Assembly (NCBI GenBank): GCA_965215365.1
Contig: CBDCDS010000003.1
Span: 1,760,001-1,824,000 of the forward strand
DNA: 64,000 nucleotides
Reading direction: 5' to 3'
Source of the DNA: Gammaproteobacteria bacterium
Lineage (GTDB): Bacteria > Pseudomonadota > Gammaproteobacteria > Eutrophobiales > Eutrophobiaceae
This document shows, in pieces, positions 1 through 11,567 of the stretch. A program made the translations under genes and the position numbers. The first letter of the stretch is position 1. Each line of letters starts with the position of its first letter. Below the pieces are notes generated by a model. That model was given only the letters and a program-made list of their open reading frames with translations, was not told the DNA's origin and made no database searches.

Positions 1-1313
1 TAGCCGCCGGCCAGCATGACCGGTTTATGGTAGCCGCGCATGACACCGGTGGCGTTATCGCGCTGCTCGAAAGTGCGAAAATAACCGGCCAGGGCCGGGC
101 GGCCAAATTCGTTGTTATATGAGGCCGCGCCGCAGGGGGCTGCCAGCATAATGTCTAGCGGCGCGGCGATAGAGTCCGGTTTTTGTTCTGCTTGTTCCCA
201 GGGCTGGGGCAGGTCGGGGATACGCAGGTTGGACACGGCAAACCCGGTGAGACCGGCCTTGGGTTTGCCCCCGCGCCCGGTGGCCGCCTCGTCGCGCAGC
301 TCGCCGCCGGTGCCGGTGGCTGCGCCCGGGAACGGCGAGATGGCGGTGGGATGGTTATGGGTTTCCACCTTCATCAGCAGCTGCACATTTTCCTGTACAT
401 AGCTGTATTTGCGTGTGGTTGTTGCGGCGGCAGGCACAGTGGGGGTAGCGGGAGACGCGCCCGAGGGCACGGTGGCAGCTGCCGCGGGCGGCGCGGCAAA
501 GAAACGCGTCGCACGCTGCCCGCGCATAACCGCAGCATTGTCGGAGTACGCGGACAACACCCGCCCCGGATGGGCGGCATGGGTATCCTTGATCAATTCA
601 AACAGGGTTTTCGGCATGGCTTGCCCACCGATAGTCCAGCGCGCATTGAAGATCTTGTGACGGCAGTGCTCCGAGTTCACTTGGGCGAAGGTCATCAGTT
701 CCACATCCGTGGGATCCCGAGCCAGTCTTTGGTAGGCCGCCAACAGGTAATCAATTTCAGCCTCTGCCAGGGCCAGCCCCATGTTGCGATTGGCCTCCGA
801 CAAGGCGCCGCGGCCCTGTGTCAACAAGGGGACAGAGACCAGTGGCCGCGGTTCCTGCACGGCGAACAGGGTGGCGGCTTCATCGACAGTGTCAATGAGC
901 GTCTGGGTCATACGATCGTGCAGACAATGTTTGACTGCGTCCAGTTGTGCCGGCGGCGGTGGTTGCCCGTGCGCATCTTCCAGGCGCCAGCATAGGCCAC
1001 GCTCGATGCGCGCGACCGAGGTCAGACCGCAGCGGTGCAGAATGTCTGTGGCCTTGCTCGACCACGGTGAGCTCAGACCGGGTCTGGGAATGACGATACA
1101 GGCCGGCGCTTCCGGTTCATCGGTAGCCAGTGCCGGGCCATCATCAAGCAGGTCGAGCAGGCGCGTCTCCTCGGCGGCGCTGAGCGGCTTGTATAGCTGC
1201 AGAAAATGCACAAACCAGGCTTCTACCTTGCGGATGTCGGGCAGGAGGACGGCTAACTCAGCGCGTTTTTTGGCGAGCCGGAAGCGCGCAAAGGCTACCG
1301 CGCCGTGAATCAC
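1..1313 (-). CDS. purL: Phosphoribosylformylglycinamidine synthase (large form), 5' part; runs off the left edge of the window
   Basis: Manual minus-strand translation from GTG at 1313 gives [54 protein letters not shown] and [12 protein letters not shown]. Absent from the ORF track because there is no stop in the window. Confidence 0.95.
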   Translation of the reverse strand, partial: MIHGAVAFARFRLAKKRAELAVLLPDIRKVEAWFVHFLQLYKPLSAAEETRLLDLLDDGPALATDEPEAPACIVIPRPGLSSPWSSKATDILHRCGLTSVARIERGLCWRLEDAHGQPPPPAQLDAVKHCLHDRMTQTLIDTVDEAATLFAVQEPRPLVSVPLLTQGRGALSEANRNMGLALAEAEIDYLLAAYQRLARDPTDVELMTFAQVNSEHCRHKIFNARWTIGGQAMPKTLFELIKDTHAAHPGRVLSAYSDNAAVMRGQRATRFFAAPPAAAATVPSGASPATPTVPAAATTTRKYSYVQENVQLLMKVETHNHPTAISPFPGAATGTGGELRDEAATGRGGKPKAGLTGFAVSNLRIPDLPQPWEQAEQKPDSIAAPLDIMLAAPCGAASYNNEFGRPALAGYFRTFEQRDNATGVMRGYHKPVMLAGG

Positions 1314-1323
1314 CCGGGGCGCT

Positions 1324-2715
1324 TCAGTCTCCCTTCCAGGCGGCGATGATCTGTGTGGTTTGGGCGGCGGCATTGCCAGTATAGTCCGCAGGTTCCAGTT
1401 TCGACAACGCAGCTTTATCCTGCGGCAGCAGCTCCAGGGTATTGATGAATCCCCGCAGCGTCGCCAGGGTAATCCGTTGCCCGCGCGTCAGCGCCTTGAG
1501 CTGCTCGTAGGAATCCTCAATGCCGCGCCGGCGCATGACGGTTTGTACGGCTTCCGCCAGCACCTCCGGGTTGTCGTTGAGGTCGGCCTGCAGCCGGGCG
1601 CGGTTCGCTTCCAGCTTGCCCAGACCTTTCAGGCAGGATTGACAGGCAATCAGGCAGTGAGCCAGTGCCGCGCCCATGTTGCGAGTGACGGTGGAGTCGG
1701 TGAGGTCGCGTTGCCAGCGCGATACCGGCAGTTTGTTCGCCATAAAGCCAAGCAGGGCGTTGGCCAGTCCCAGGTTGCCCTCGGCGTTCTCAAAATCGAT
1801 GGGGTTGACCTTGTGCGGCATAGTGGAGGAGCCGACCTCGCCGGCGACCGGTTGCAGGTGAAAATAATCCAGGGCGATATACCCCCACAGGTCGCGACAC
1901 AGGTCCAGCAGGATGGTATTGATGCGACTCAGCGCGTGAAAATATTCAGCCTTATAGTCATGCGGCTCAATCTGGGCGCTGTGCGGATTGGGCGTTAAGC
2001 CCAGTGACTCCACGAAACGACGCGACTGTTCCGGCCAGTCAAGCTCAGGGCAGGCGCTGAGATGGGCATTGAAGTTACCCGTCGCACCGTTCAGCTTGCC
2101 CAGGATCGCAACCTCCCGGAAGCGTTCCAGCTGGCGCTGTAAACGGTGCACGAACAGGGCCAGCTCCTTGCCCAGAGTGGTGGGCGAAGCCGGCTGGCCA
2201 TGGGTGCGCGCAAGCATGGGCAAGGCGGCCCAGCGCGCCGCCAGCGCGCACAGCGCGTCTAGGATTTCAGCCAGCACCGGATACAGGTGTTCTTCCCTAG
2301 CTGTTGTCAGCATCAGGCCTTGACTGAGGTTGTTGATGTCTTCCGAGGTACAGGCAAAGTGGATAAACGGCACATAAGGTTGCAACGTCCGGTCGGCGCT
2401 GAACTTCTCCCGAATGAAATATTCCACCGCCTTGAGGTCGTGGTTGGTGGTGGCTTCAATGGCCTTGACCCTGGCGGCGTCGGTTACGGAAAACTCTTCA
2501 ATGAGCGTATCCAACTGCCGTCCAGCCGCCGCGTCCAATGCCGGCAAGCCGGTAATAGCCGGGCACTGCGCCAGCCATTGCAACCAGCGCACTTCCACTT
2601 CCACCCGTCGACGCATCAGACCGTATTCGCTGAACACGGCCCGCAACGGCGCGGTGTTAGCGCCGTAACGGCCGTCTATGGGCGATATTGCCGTGAGCGG
2701 GTTTAATTCCATCAC
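1324..2715 (-). CDS. purB: Adenylosuccinate lyase
   Basis: [32 protein letters not shown], signature [27 protein letters not shown]. Confidence 0.97.
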   Translation of the reverse strand: MMELNPLTAISPIDGRYGANTAPLRAVFSEYGLMRRRVEVEVRWLQWLAQCPAITGLPALDAAAGRQLDTLIEEFSVTDAARVKAIEATTNHDLKAVEYFIREKFSADRTLQPYVPFIHFACTSEDINNLSQGLMLTTAREEHLYPVLAEILDALCALAARWAALPMLARTHGQPASPTTLGKELALFVHRLQRQLERFREVAILGKLNGATGNFNAHLSACPELDWPEQSRRFVESLGLTPNPHSAQIEPHDYKAEYFHALSRINTILLDLCRDLWGYIALDYFHLQPVAGEVGSSTMPHKVNPIDFENAEGNLGLANALLGFMANKLPVSRWQRDLTDSTVTRNMGAALAHCLIACQSCLKGLGKLEANRARLQADLNDNPEVLAEAVQTVMRRRGIEDSYEQLKALTRGQRITLATLRGFINTLELLPQDKAALSKLEPADYTGNAAAQTTQIIAAWKGD

Positions 2716-3758
2716 GGACAGGGGTTGGGTTGCGCGCGATGAATATCTTCTATCCGCCGCAATACGTCTTTATCCAGCTCGATATCGACACTGGCAATGT
2801 TGGCGACAAGCTGTTCCATGGTGGTGGCGCCGATGATCGAGCTGGTGACAAACGGGCGCTGGTTGACGAAGGCCAGCGCCAGTTGCGCCGGCGCCAGGCC
2901 ATACTCCTTTGCTACGGCAACATAGCGCCGGGTGCACTGTTGGGCCAGCTCCGAGACATAGCGCTTGTAGCGGGCGCCGAACAGGGTCAGCCGGGTGCCC
3001 GGCGGGCGCTGGCCATCCAGGTATTTGCCGGACAATACGCCGAAGCCCAGCGGTGAATAGGCCAGCAGGCCGACTTGTTCCCGGTGCGCAAACTCGGCCA
3101 GCCCGATCTCGAAGGTGCGGTTGAGCAGGTTGTAGGGGTTCTGGATGGAAACAATCCGGGGCAGGAGGCTTACTTCTCGGGCCAGACGCAGATATTCGCT
3201 CAGTCCCCAGGGGGTTTCGTTGGAGATCCCGAGGTAACGGATTTTCCCTGCTCGCACCTGCTCGGTCAGAGCGCCCAGGGTTTCTGCAATCGGCGTGCCG
3301 TCCTTGGCCGGGGCGTGGTAGTAATCCTGCCGCCCGAAACAGTTGGTATCGCGCTCCGGCCAGTGCACCTGATACAGGTCGATGTAATCGGTTTGCAGGC
3401 GTTTCAGGCTGGCATCCACGGCCGCTTGCACATTGTTCCGGTCCAGGCAGTGATTGCCGCCGCGCAGGTAGTCGATATGAGTAGCTGCCGGACAAATTTT
3501 GCTGGCGATAATCAGCTGGTCCCGATCCGGACGCGTGTGCAGCCAGTGGCCGAGGTGCTGTTCGGTGCGCCCCTGGGTCTCGGCGCGCATCGGGCTGGGA
3601 TAAAGCTCTGCGGTATCAATGAAGTTGACACCCTGATGCACGGCGTAATCAAGCTGTTGGCAGGCCTGCGCCAGGGTATTCTGCTCACCCCAGGTCATGC
3701 TGCCCAGACAGATAACGCTGACGTCAATATCGGTGTGTCCCAGTTTGCGGTATTGCAT
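2712..3758 (-). CDS. tas: Tas-like NADP(H)-dependent aldo-keto reductase
   Basis: MQYRKLG start, LGSMTWGEQN, NFIDTAELY, DYIDLYQVHWP, GISNETPWG, QNPYNLLNR. Start moved from 3821 to the MQYRK Met. Confidence 0.9.
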   Translation of the reverse strand: MQYRKLGHTDIDVSVICLGSMTWGEQNTLAQACQQLDYAVHQGVNFIDTAELYPSPMRAETQGRTEQHLGHWLHTRPDRDQLIIASKICPAATHIDYLRGGNHCLDRNNVQAAVDASLKRLQTDYIDLYQVHWPERDTNCFGRQDYYHAPAKDGTPIAETLGALTEQVRAGKIRYLGISNETPWGLSEYLRLAREVSLLPRIVSIQNPYNLLNRTFEIGLAEFAHREQVGLLAYSPLGFGVLSGKYLDGQRPPGTRLTLFGARYKRYVSELAQQCTRRYVAVAKEYGLAPAQLALAFVNQRPFVTSSIIGATTMEQLVANIASVDIELDKDVLRRIEDIHRAQPNPCP

Positions 3759-3798
3759 GTAACCGAATGATATACTATGCGTAACGACATAAACAACC

Positions 3799-4839
3799 AT
3801 GAACACCATCACCCTGCTCAAGCCTGATGACCTCCACCTGCACTTGCGTGACGGGGAAGAACTCGCTTGTGTCGTAGGCGACAGTGCCCGGCGCTTTGCC
3901 CGGGCGATTATTATGCCGAATCTGATGCCGCCCGTGGTAAAGGTGAAGCAGGCGCTGGACTATCGGCGCAGGATCCTGGCCTGCCTGCCGGATGATACCG
4001 GATTTGAGCCGCTGATGACCTTGTACCTGACCGATAATACCAGTAAAGACGAGGTGCGGCGGGTCGCCGAGAGCGCCGAGGTGCATGCGTTCAAATACTA
4101 TCCTGCCGGCGCCACCACCCATGCGGATGCCGGCGTGACCGACATCAACAAGGTCATGCCAGCGCTGGAACAGATGGCGCGCGCTGATGTGCCCTTGTTG
4201 CTGCACGGCGAGGTGACGGCTGCTGATGTGGATGTGTTTGACCGGGAAAAAGTGTTTATCGAGCGGATCCTGGCGCCGTTGCTCGAAAACATCGATACCT
4301 TGCGCGTCGTGCTGGAGCACATCACCACCGAGGACGCAGTACAGTTTGTCAGCGGCGCCGGTGACCGGGTCGCAGCCACCATTACCCCGCATCACCTCAT
4401 GTTGAACCGTAACGCCATGCTGGCGCAGGGTATTAACCCGCACCATTACTGTTTGCCGCTGCTGAAACGGGAACGCCATCGACAGGCGTTGGTGGTTGCG
4501 GCGACCAGCGGCAACCCGAAATTCTTTCTCGGCACCGACAGTGCCCCGCACCACGCGCAGGCCAAGTCCACGCCGCCCTGCTGCGCCGGCATCTATAATG
4601 CCCACGCGGCTATCGAGCTATACGCAGCGATTTTCGACGCCATGCACAGCCTGCATACCTTGGAGTGCTTTGCCGCCCGCAACGGCGCGCGCTTTTACCG
4701 CTTGCCGTTGACCACGCAGACTATTACCCTGCGCCGGGAACCCTGGCGCATACCCGCCACGCTGCGCTTCGCAGATACTGTGCTGGTACCGTTTCAGGCC
4801 GCTCAAACCTGCTCGTGGAAATTGGTCGAGGCACCGTGA
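3799..4839 (+). CDS. pyrC: Dihydroorotase (homodimeric type)
   Basis: PDDLHLHLRDG, IMPNL, KYYPAGATT, EHITT, FFLGTDSAPH. Confidence 0.96.
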   Translation: MNTITLLKPDDLHLHLRDGEELACVVGDSARRFARAIIMPNLMPPVVKVKQALDYRRRILACLPDDTGFEPLMTLYLTDNTSKDEVRRVAESAEVHAFKYYPAGATTHADAGVTDINKVMPALEQMARADVPLLLHGEVTAADVDVFDREKVFIERILAPLLENIDTLRVVLEHITTEDAVQFVSGAGDRVAATITPHHLMLNRNAMLAQGINPHHYCLPLLKRERHRQALVVAATSGNPKFFLGTDSAPHHAQAKSTPPCCAGIYNAHAAIELYAAIFDAMHSLHTLECFAARNGARFYRLPLTTQTITLRREPWRIPATLRFADTVLVPFQAAQTCSWKLVEAP

Positions 4840-5453
4840 GTGTCGATAAAAACAGCCTAGTAGCGCGCCGCTTCCGGGGTTTTTATCCGGTGGTGGTGGA
4901 TGTAGAGACAGCCGGCTTCAACCCGCTCACGGATGCCTTACTGGAGGTCGCGGTGGTGTTCCTGCAAGCTGCTCCCGATGGGCTCTGGAGCCCGCTGGAA
5001 ACTATCTCAAAACACATACAACCCTTCCCCGGCGCGAACCTGGACCAGGCCGCGCTGGAGTTCACCGGCATCGATCCCGAGCACCCGTTTCGCAAGGAGA
5101 TCGCAGTGTCCGAGCAGGAGGCGTTACGCGAGATCTTCCAGGCCACCAAGCGCTTGCTTAGGCAACACGCGTGCAGCCGCGCCATTCTGGTCGGGCACAA
5201 CCCTTCCTTCGATCTGAGTTTTATCAACGCCGCGGCCAATCGTACCGGCCTGAAAAAGAATCCATTCCACCGTTTCAGCACCTTCGACACGGCCACCCTG
5301 GGCGGCCTCGCCTACGGCCAAACCGTGCTGTCCCGGGCAGTCATGGCCGCCGGTCTGGAATGGGAGGAAGAAGAAGCCCACTCCGCTCTGTACGACGCCG
5401 AACGCACCGCCGAGTTATTCTGCAACATCGTCAACCTGTGGCCACTGGGGTAG
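4836..5453 (+). CDS. rnt: Ribonuclease T
   Basis: RFRGFYPVVVDVETAGFN, LVGHN, NPFHRFSTFDT, AHSALYD (DEDDh). GTG start overlaps the pyrC stop. Confidence 0.95.
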   Translation: MSVDKNSLVARRFRGFYPVVVDVETAGFNPLTDALLEVAVVFLQAAPDGLWSPLETISKHIQPFPGANLDQAALEFTGIDPEHPFRKEIAVSEQEALREIFQATKRLLRQHACSRAILVGHNPSFDLSFINAAANRTGLKKNPFHRFSTFDTATLGGLAYGQTVLSRAVMAAGLEWEEEEAHSALYDAERTAELFCNIVNLWPLG

Positions 5454-5547
5454 ATACAATGATGCCGATTGTGGTAGCATACCCCTTCTGACCCGCCTGA
5501 TTGAAGAGTAACAGCCCCGCAGTTGATCTGCCTGATTAGAGAGAGTT

Positions 5548-8169
5548 ATGCCTGACGAGATCGCCCGGTCGGTGGTGCCGGTCAACATTGAAGACGAGAT
5601 GCGTCAATCCTATATGGATTACGCCATGAGCGTCATCGTCGGGCGCGCCCTGCCGGATGTGCGCGACGGCTTGAAGCCGGTGCACCGGCGGGTGTTGTTT
5701 GCCATGAACGAGGTGAGCAACGACTACAACAAGCCCTACAAGAAATCCGCCCGCATTGTCGGTGATGTCATCGGTAAATATCACCCGCATGGGGATTCCG
5801 CCGTGTACGATACCATCGTGCGCATGGCCCAGCATTTTTCCTTGCGCTATGTGCTGGTGGACGGGCAGGGCAATTTTGGTTCGGTGGACGGCGACGCGCC
5901 AGCAGCGATGCGCTATACCGAAATCCGCATGGCCCGGATTGCCCACGAGTTGCTGGAGGACATCGACAAGGAAACCGTTGATTACATACCCAATTACGAC
6001 GGTGCCGAACACGAGCCGGTGGTGCTGCCTACGCGCGTGCCCAATCTGCTGGTCAACGGTTCCAGCGGCATTGCTGTGGGCATGGCGACTAACATCCCGC
6101 CGCATAATCTGAGCGAAGTCATCAAGGCCTGCATCGCTTTGCTGGAGAACGAGCAGCTCAGTACGGATGAATTGCTGGAATACATTCCGGGCCCGGATTT
6201 TCCCACCGCCGGCATTATCAACGGTTCCCAGGGCATACACGAGGCCTACCGCAGCGGTCGCGGCCGCATTTACCTGCGCGCCCGTTCCCATATCGAAACC
6301 GATGAAAAAGCCGGGCAGAGCGCCATTGTCATCACCGAATTGCCCTACCAGGTGAACAAGGCGCGCTTGCAGGAGAAAATTGCCGAGCTGGTGCGGGATA
6401 AAAAGCTGAGCGGGATCCGCGAGTTGCGCGATGAATCCGACAAGGATGGCATGCGTCTGGTCATCGAACTGCGCCGCGGCGAGGTGCCTGAGGTGGTGTT
6501 GAACAACCTGTACCAGTTTACCGCCATCCAGAGCGTGTTCGGCATCAACCTGGTGGCGCTGGATGATGGCCGCCCGCGCCTGATGACGCTGAAAGGGATC
6601 CTAGAGGCGTTTATCCGACACCGGCGCGAGGTGGTGGTGCGGCGCACCCTGTACGAATTGCGCAAGGCCCGGGCGCGCGCCCACATCCTGGAAGGGTTGG
6701 CCGCAGCGCTGGCCAATATCGATACCATGATCGAATTGATCAAAACATCCGCCACGCCCGCCGAGGCAAAACGCGGGCTGCTGGCACGTGTCTGGCTGCC
6801 CGGCGTAGTCACTACCCTGCTGGAGCGGGTGGGCGCGGAATTGTCACGCCCCGACGACCTGCCGGCGGAACTGGGTTTGGGCGCTGACGGTTACCACCTG
6901 TCCGAGGCGCAGGCGCAGGCCATTCTGGATTTGCGCCTGCAGAAACTGACCGGGTTGGAGCAGGAGAAGATCGTGGCGGAATACCAGGAGTTGCTGGATC
7001 GAATCAGCGACCTGCTGGACATACTGGCGCGGCCGCAACGCCTGCTGGAGGTCATCAGGGCGGAACTGGAGGAAATCCGGGAACGCTATGGCGATGCCCG
7101 CTGCACGCAGATCATCGAAGATCAGCTGGCACTGACTATGGAAGACCTGATTACCGAGCAGGACGTAGTGGTAACCCTGTCCCATGCCGGCTATGCCAAA
7201 ACCCAACCCCTGACCGATTACCGGGCGCAGCGTCGCGGTGGGCGCGGCAAGTCGGCCACCTCGGTCAAGGATGAGGACTTTGTCGATAAACTGTTTATCG
7301 CCAGCACCCATGACACCTTGCTGTGCTTTTCCAGCCGCGGTCGCCTGTACTGGTTGAAGGTGTATGAGTTGCCCCGCGCCAGTCGCGCCGCCAAGGGCAA
7401 GCCCATTATCAACCTGTTGCCCCTGGACGAGGGCGAGCGCATCAATGCGGTGTTGCCGATACGGGAGTTCCGCGATGACCTGTATGTGTTCATGGCGACC
7501 GCCGACGGCACAGTAAAGAAGACCTCGCTCAAGAGCTTCTCGCGCGCCCGGCCCAGCGGCATCCGCGCCATCGAACTGACCGAGGGCAACCAGCTGGTCA
7601 ATGTGGAACTGACGAACGGCGCGGACGAAGTCATGCTGTTCAGCGATGCCGGCAAGGTCATTCGCTTCACTGAAACGGCTGTGCGCGCCATGGGTCGGGT
7701 TGCGCGCGGCGTGCGCGGTATGCGTCTGGGGCCTGACGATAAGGTCATTGCCTTGCTCATCGCCAGCGCCGATAAGGCGATATTGACCGCCACCGGGAAT
7801 GGTTACGGCAAGCGCACGGCGCTGGCAGACTACCGGTTGACGGGGCGTGGCGGTCAGGGTGTGATCTCCATTCAGACCAATGAACGTAATGGCCGGGTCG
7901 TGGGCGCGCAGGTGGTGGATGCGGACGATGAGATCATGCTGATCAGCGACCAGGGCACCTTGATCCGCATGAAGGCCGGGGATGTTTCTATGGTGGGCCG
8001 CAACACCATGGGCGTGAAGCTGGTCAACCTCAACGACGGTGAGACTCTGGCCGGCCTGGAGCGCATCATTGATGACGGTGGTGCCCCCGATAATGGCGAG
8101 CATGGCCACGACAATGAAGGTGGCGACAGTCATGGCGGCGCCCGGGGAACTGCAGGTGACAGTTCATAA
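5548..8169 (+). CDS. gyrA: DNA gyrase subunit A
   Basis: [43 protein letters not shown], GyrA box QRRGGRG. Confidence 0.98.
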   Translation: MPDEIARSVVPVNIEDEMRQSYMDYAMSVIVGRALPDVRDGLKPVHRRVLFAMNEVSNDYNKPYKKSARIVGDVIGKYHPHGDSAVYDTIVRMAQHFSLRYVLVDGQGNFGSVDGDAPAAMRYTEIRMARIAHELLEDIDKETVDYIPNYDGAEHEPVVLPTRVPNLLVNGSSGIAVGMATNIPPHNLSEVIKACIALLENEQLSTDELLEYIPGPDFPTAGIINGSQGIHEAYRSGRGRIYLRARSHIETDEKAGQSAIVITELPYQVNKARLQEKIAELVRDKKLSGIRELRDESDKDGMRLVIELRRGEVPEVVLNNLYQFTAIQSVFGINLVALDDGRPRLMTLKGILEAFIRHRREVVVRRTLYELRKARARAHILEGLAAALANIDTMIELIKTSATPAEAKRGLLARVWLPGVVTTLLERVGAELSRPDDLPAELGLGADGYHLSEAQAQAILDLRLQKLTGLEQEKIVAEYQELLDRISDLLDILARPQRLLEVIRAELEEIRERYGDARCTQIIEDQLALTMEDLITEQDVVVTLSHAGYAKTQPLTDYRAQRRGGRGKSATSVKDEDFVDKLFIASTHDTLLCFSSRGRLYWLKVYELPRASRAAKGKPIINLLPLDEGERINAVLPIREFRDDLYVFMATADGTVKKTSLKSFSRARPSGIRAIELTEGNQLVNVELTNGADEVMLFSDAGKVIRFTETAVRAMGRVARGVRGMRLGPDDKVIALLIASADKAILTATGNGYGKRTALADYRLTGRGGQGVISIQTNERNGRVVGAQVVDADDEIMLISDQGTLIRMKAGDVSMVGRNTMGVKLVNLNDGETLAGLERIIDDGGAPDNGEHGHDNEGGDSHGGARGTAGDSS

Positions 8170-9262
8170 TTTCAGTGCCGGTCCAGCCATTCTGCCCCGG
8201 ACCGTGATGGAACAGGCCCAGGCCGAGTTTTTGGACTGGCACGGTCTCGGCGTTTCCATTGCCGAGCTGAGCCACCGCAGTGCTGCATTCAAGGCTGTAG
8301 CAGAACAGTCGGTGCGCGATCTGACTGCGCTGCTGGCACTCCCGGAGCATTACCGGATACTGTTTTTGCAGGGCGGTGCCAGCCACGTGATGAGCATGGC
8401 ACCCCTGAACCTGTGCGGCAGGACCCGGGGCGGCAGCGGCGATTGTGCCGATTATGTGATCACAGGTCACTGGTCGCAACGGGCTGCGAACGAGGCGGCG
8501 CGCCTGACTGAGGTGAATATTGCCGCCAGCGCTGCGGAGGCGAACTTCACCACCATCCCCGAACCCGGCGATTGGCGTTGCCGCGCACACGCGGCCTACC
8601 TGTATTACTGTGATAATGAAACCATTGCCGGGGTCGAGTTTCCGGCGCCGCCGGCGTTGCCGGAGGCCGGCGGCGAGACTGTACTGGTTTGTGATATGAC
8701 CTCTAATTTCCTGTCTCGCCCGTTGCCGGTGGAGCGCTACGGGCTGATCTTCGCTGGCGCTCAGAAAAATATGGCGCCGGCGGGCCTGACCGTGGCTCTG
8801 GTGCGGGAAGACCTGCTGGAGCGGGCCCGCGCCGATGTGCCGTTTTTATACCATTTCAAGCTGCTGGCCGAGCATGACTCCATGTTTAACACGCCGCCCG
8901 TATTCAACTGGTATCTGGCCGGGTTGACCTTCGCTTGGATCAGGCAACAGGGCGGGGTGGAGGAAATGCATGCCCGCGCCTGCCGCCGTTCCGGCAAGCT
9001 CTATGCGTTCATTGACGGGCATGAGTTCTACCGCAACCCCGTGGCTGAACCCTATCGGTCGCGTATGAACGTGCCGTTCATGCTGGCGGATGCCGGCCTG
9101 GATCGCGCCTTCCTCGCGGCAGCCGAAGACAATGGCCTGCTCGGACTTAAAGGTCATCGCAGCGTCGGCGGAATGCGCGCCAGCATGTACAATGGCTTGC
9201 CTGAAGCGAGCGTGGACGCACTGCTGGAATTCATGGTGGATTTTGCCACCAGACGGGGTTGA
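8156..9262 (+). CDS. serC: Phosphoserine aminotransferase
   Basis: [48 protein letters not shown]. Start is GTG 8156 or ATG 8132, overlapping the end of gyrA. Confidence 0.95.
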   Translation: MTVHNFSAGPAILPRTVMEQAQAEFLDWHGLGVSIAELSHRSAAFKAVAEQSVRDLTALLALPEHYRILFLQGGASHVMSMAPLNLCGRTRGGSGDCADYVITGHWSQRAANEAARLTEVNIAASAAEANFTTIPEPGDWRCRAHAAYLYYCDNETIAGVEFPAPPALPEAGGETVLVCDMTSNFLSRPLPVERYGLIFAGAQKNMAPAGLTVALVREDLLERARADVPFLYHFKLLAEHDSMFNTPPVFNWYLAGLTFAWIRQQGGVEEMHARACRRSGKLYAFIDGHEFYRNPVAEPYRSRMNVPFMLADAGLDRAFLAAAEDNGLLGLKGHRSVGGMRASMYNGLPEASVDALLEFMVDFATRRG

Positions 9263-9330
9263 AGCGGATACAGCAGCAGCGCCTGAGTGGGACCGAATGA
9301 AATCTGTCCCGAAAACTGCATGACAGACCC

Positions 9331-10419
9331 ATGAGCGATGCAAAACTGGAAGACCTGCGCGCCGCGATCGACGCGCTGGATGAGCGGCTGGTGGAGTTGC
9401 TCAACCAGCGCGCGCGCCTAGCGCTGGAGGTGGCAACGGTAAAGCAACAGCAGTGCGCCTCGACCCTGTACCGGCCGGAACGGGAAGCGCAAGTGCTGGA
9501 GCGGGTGAAGGCGCTCAACCAGGGGCCGCTGCCGACTGAACACCTCGCGCGTCTGGTGCGGGAGGTCATGTCGGCCTGTCTGGCGCTGGAGGCGCCGTTG
9601 ACCGTTGCCTGCCTGGGGCCGGAGGGCACGTTCACGGAAGCGGCCGCGCATAAGCATTTCGGCCACTCGGTGCAGTTGACGCTGCTGGGCGCGATTGACC
9701 AGGTGTTTCGCGAAGTCAGCGCCGGCGCCTGCCACTACGGCGTAGTCCCGGTGGAGAACTCGGTTGAAGGCGCAGTGAACCAGACGCTCGATAAGTTACT
9801 GGTGTCCGACCTGAAAGTGTGCGGTGAGGTGGAACTGCGCATCCGCCAGCAGTTGCTGAGCCGCGCGCAACGGCTGGACGCTATCGAAACCGTATATTCG
9901 CACGAGCAGTCACTGGCGCAATGCCGCCATTGGCTGGATGCCAATCTGGCCTCGGCCCGACGCGTGTCGGTAGCCAGTAACGCCGCCGCAGTAGTGAATG
10001 CCGGTAAGGATGAACGCAGTGCCGCCATCGCCGGCGCGCAGGCAGGTCAGCGGCACGGCCTGCCGGTACTCAGGAAAAATATCGAGGATAACCTCAACAA
10101 TACCACCCGCTTCCTGGTGCTGGGCCGGGAGGGGCCGCCGCCCAGCGGCAAGGACAAGACCTCGGTGCTGTTTGCCATGCCCAGTACGCCCGGTTCGCTG
10201 GTAGCCATGCTGGCCTGCTTTGCCGACCACGGCGTGAATATGACTAGGATAGAATCCAGGCCCTCGCGCCAGGGAATATGGGAATACGTATTTTTCGTTG
10301 ACCTGAGCGGCCACGCGCAGGATGCACAGGTCAGCCAGGCGCTGTCTGAACTGCGCGCCAAGGCCGCCATGATGAAACTGCTGGGTTCCTACCCGGCGGT
10401 CGCGGTAACTCCCTTATAG
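9331..10419 (+). CDS. pheA: Chorismate mutase / prephenate dehydratase (P-protein)
   Basis: N-terminal LRAAIDALD...RPERE, LGPEGTF, VPVENS, NTTRF, ACT-domain IESRP. Confidence 0.95.
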   Translation: MSDAKLEDLRAAIDALDERLVELLNQRARLALEVATVKQQQCASTLYRPEREAQVLERVKALNQGPLPTEHLARLVREVMSACLALEAPLTVACLGPEGTFTEAAAHKHFGHSVQLTLLGAIDQVFREVSAGACHYGVVPVENSVEGAVNQTLDKLLVSDLKVCGEVELRIRQQLLSRAQRLDAIETVYSHEQSLAQCRHWLDANLASARRVSVASNAAAVVNAGKDERSAAIAGAQAGQRHGLPVLRKNIEDNLNNTTRFLVLGREGPPPSGKDKTSVLFAMPSTPGSLVAMLACFADHGVNMTRIESRPSRQGIWEYVFFVDLSGHAQDAQVSQALSELRAKAAMMKLLGSYPAVAVTPL

Positions 10420-10430
10420 CCAGACCTGAC

Positions 10431-11552
10431 ATGAGTATTGACATAATTAACCTGGCCGCTCCCGGCATCGCCGGCTTGCCCACCTACAAACCCGGTAAGT
10501 CTGCCGAAGAGGTGGGGCGGGAGCTCGGCTTGCAGCAGGTGCTCAAGCTGGCTTCAAACGAAAATTCTCTGGGTCCCAGCCCCAAGGTACTGGCGGCCCT
10601 GGCCACCGCTGGCTTCGATCTGTGCCGTTATCCGGACGGTTCCGGCGCGGCGCTAAAGCAGGCGCTGGCGGACTATCACGGCATCACTCCCGCGCACATC
10701 ACTCTGGGCAACGGTTCCAACGATGTGCTGGAACTGGCTGCGCGCTGCATCGTGACCAGTGCCCATGAGGTGATCTATTCGGAAAACGCCTTTATCGTCT
10801 ATCATCTGGCGACCCATTCCATCGGTGCCACGCCGCGGGTCATACCCACCCGTGAACACCGGCATGATCTGGCCGCAATGGTGGACGCCATTAGTGCGCG
10901 CACCCGCCTGATTTTTCTCGATAACCCGGGCAATCCGACCGGTAGCTGGATCGACCGGGCGCAGTTGTGCGCGTTCCTGGAGGCCGTACCGGAGGACGTG
11001 ATCGTAGTCGTTGACGAGGCCTATTACGAGTATGGTGCTTCACTGTGCGCGGACTACCCGAATTCGATTGAATACCAGCCGGACTTCCCCAATCTGGTCA
11101 CCACCCGCACCTTTTCCAAGGCCTATGGTCTGGCCGGGCTGCGGGTCGGTTACGCCGTCAGTCACCCGCAGCTGGCGGATTTGATGAACCGGGTGCGGCA
11201 ACCGTTCAACGTCAATACCCTGGCCTTGCTGGCCGCCGAGGTCGCCTTGCAGGACCAGGAGCATCTGCGCCGTAGCGTGGCCCTGAATGATCAAGGCATG
11301 GTCGACCTCACCGCCGCGTTGGCCCGGCTGCGACTGAGCTGGTTTGAATCCATTGCCAACTTCGTCAGCTTCGACCTGGGTCGACCGGCAGACGCGGTAT
11401 ATCAGGCGCTACTGCACGAGGGCGTGGTAGTGCGCCCCATCGTTGAATACGGCCTACCTAACCACCTGCGCGTCACCATCGGTCAAGAACATGAAAACGC
11501 CACCTTTATCAGGGCACTGGAGAAGGTTTTAGCGGCTGGGAATGCGGGGTAG
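10431..11552 (+). CDS. hisC: Histidinol-phosphate aminotransferase
   Basis: KLASNEN, GNGS, NPGNPTG, DEAYYEY, RTFSKAYGLAGLRVGY. Confidence 0.93.
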   Translation: MSIDIINLAAPGIAGLPTYKPGKSAEEVGRELGLQQVLKLASNENSLGPSPKVLAALATAGFDLCRYPDGSGAALKQALADYHGITPAHITLGNGSNDVLELAARCIVTSAHEVIYSENAFIVYHLATHSIGATPRVIPTREHRHDLAAMVDAISARTRLIFLDNPGNPTGSWIDRAQLCAFLEAVPEDVIVVVDEAYYEYGASLCADYPNSIEYQPDFPNLVTTRTFSKAYGLAGLRVGYAVSHPQLADLMNRVRQPFNVNTLALLAAEVALQDQEHLRRSVALNDQGMVDLTAALARLRLSWFESIANFVSFDLGRPADAVYQALLHEGVVVRPIVEYGLPNHLRVTIGQEHENATFIRALEKVLAAGNAG

Positions 11553-11567
11553 GAGGGGGCGGTAGTC

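Noticed and set aside
112-1308. Plus-strand ORFs at 112, 183, 409 and 781
   Set aside because: Antisense shadows of purL. The same applies to the many long antisense ORFs over gyrA, mfd, the TonB receptors, pnt and others, which are expected in GC-rich DNA.
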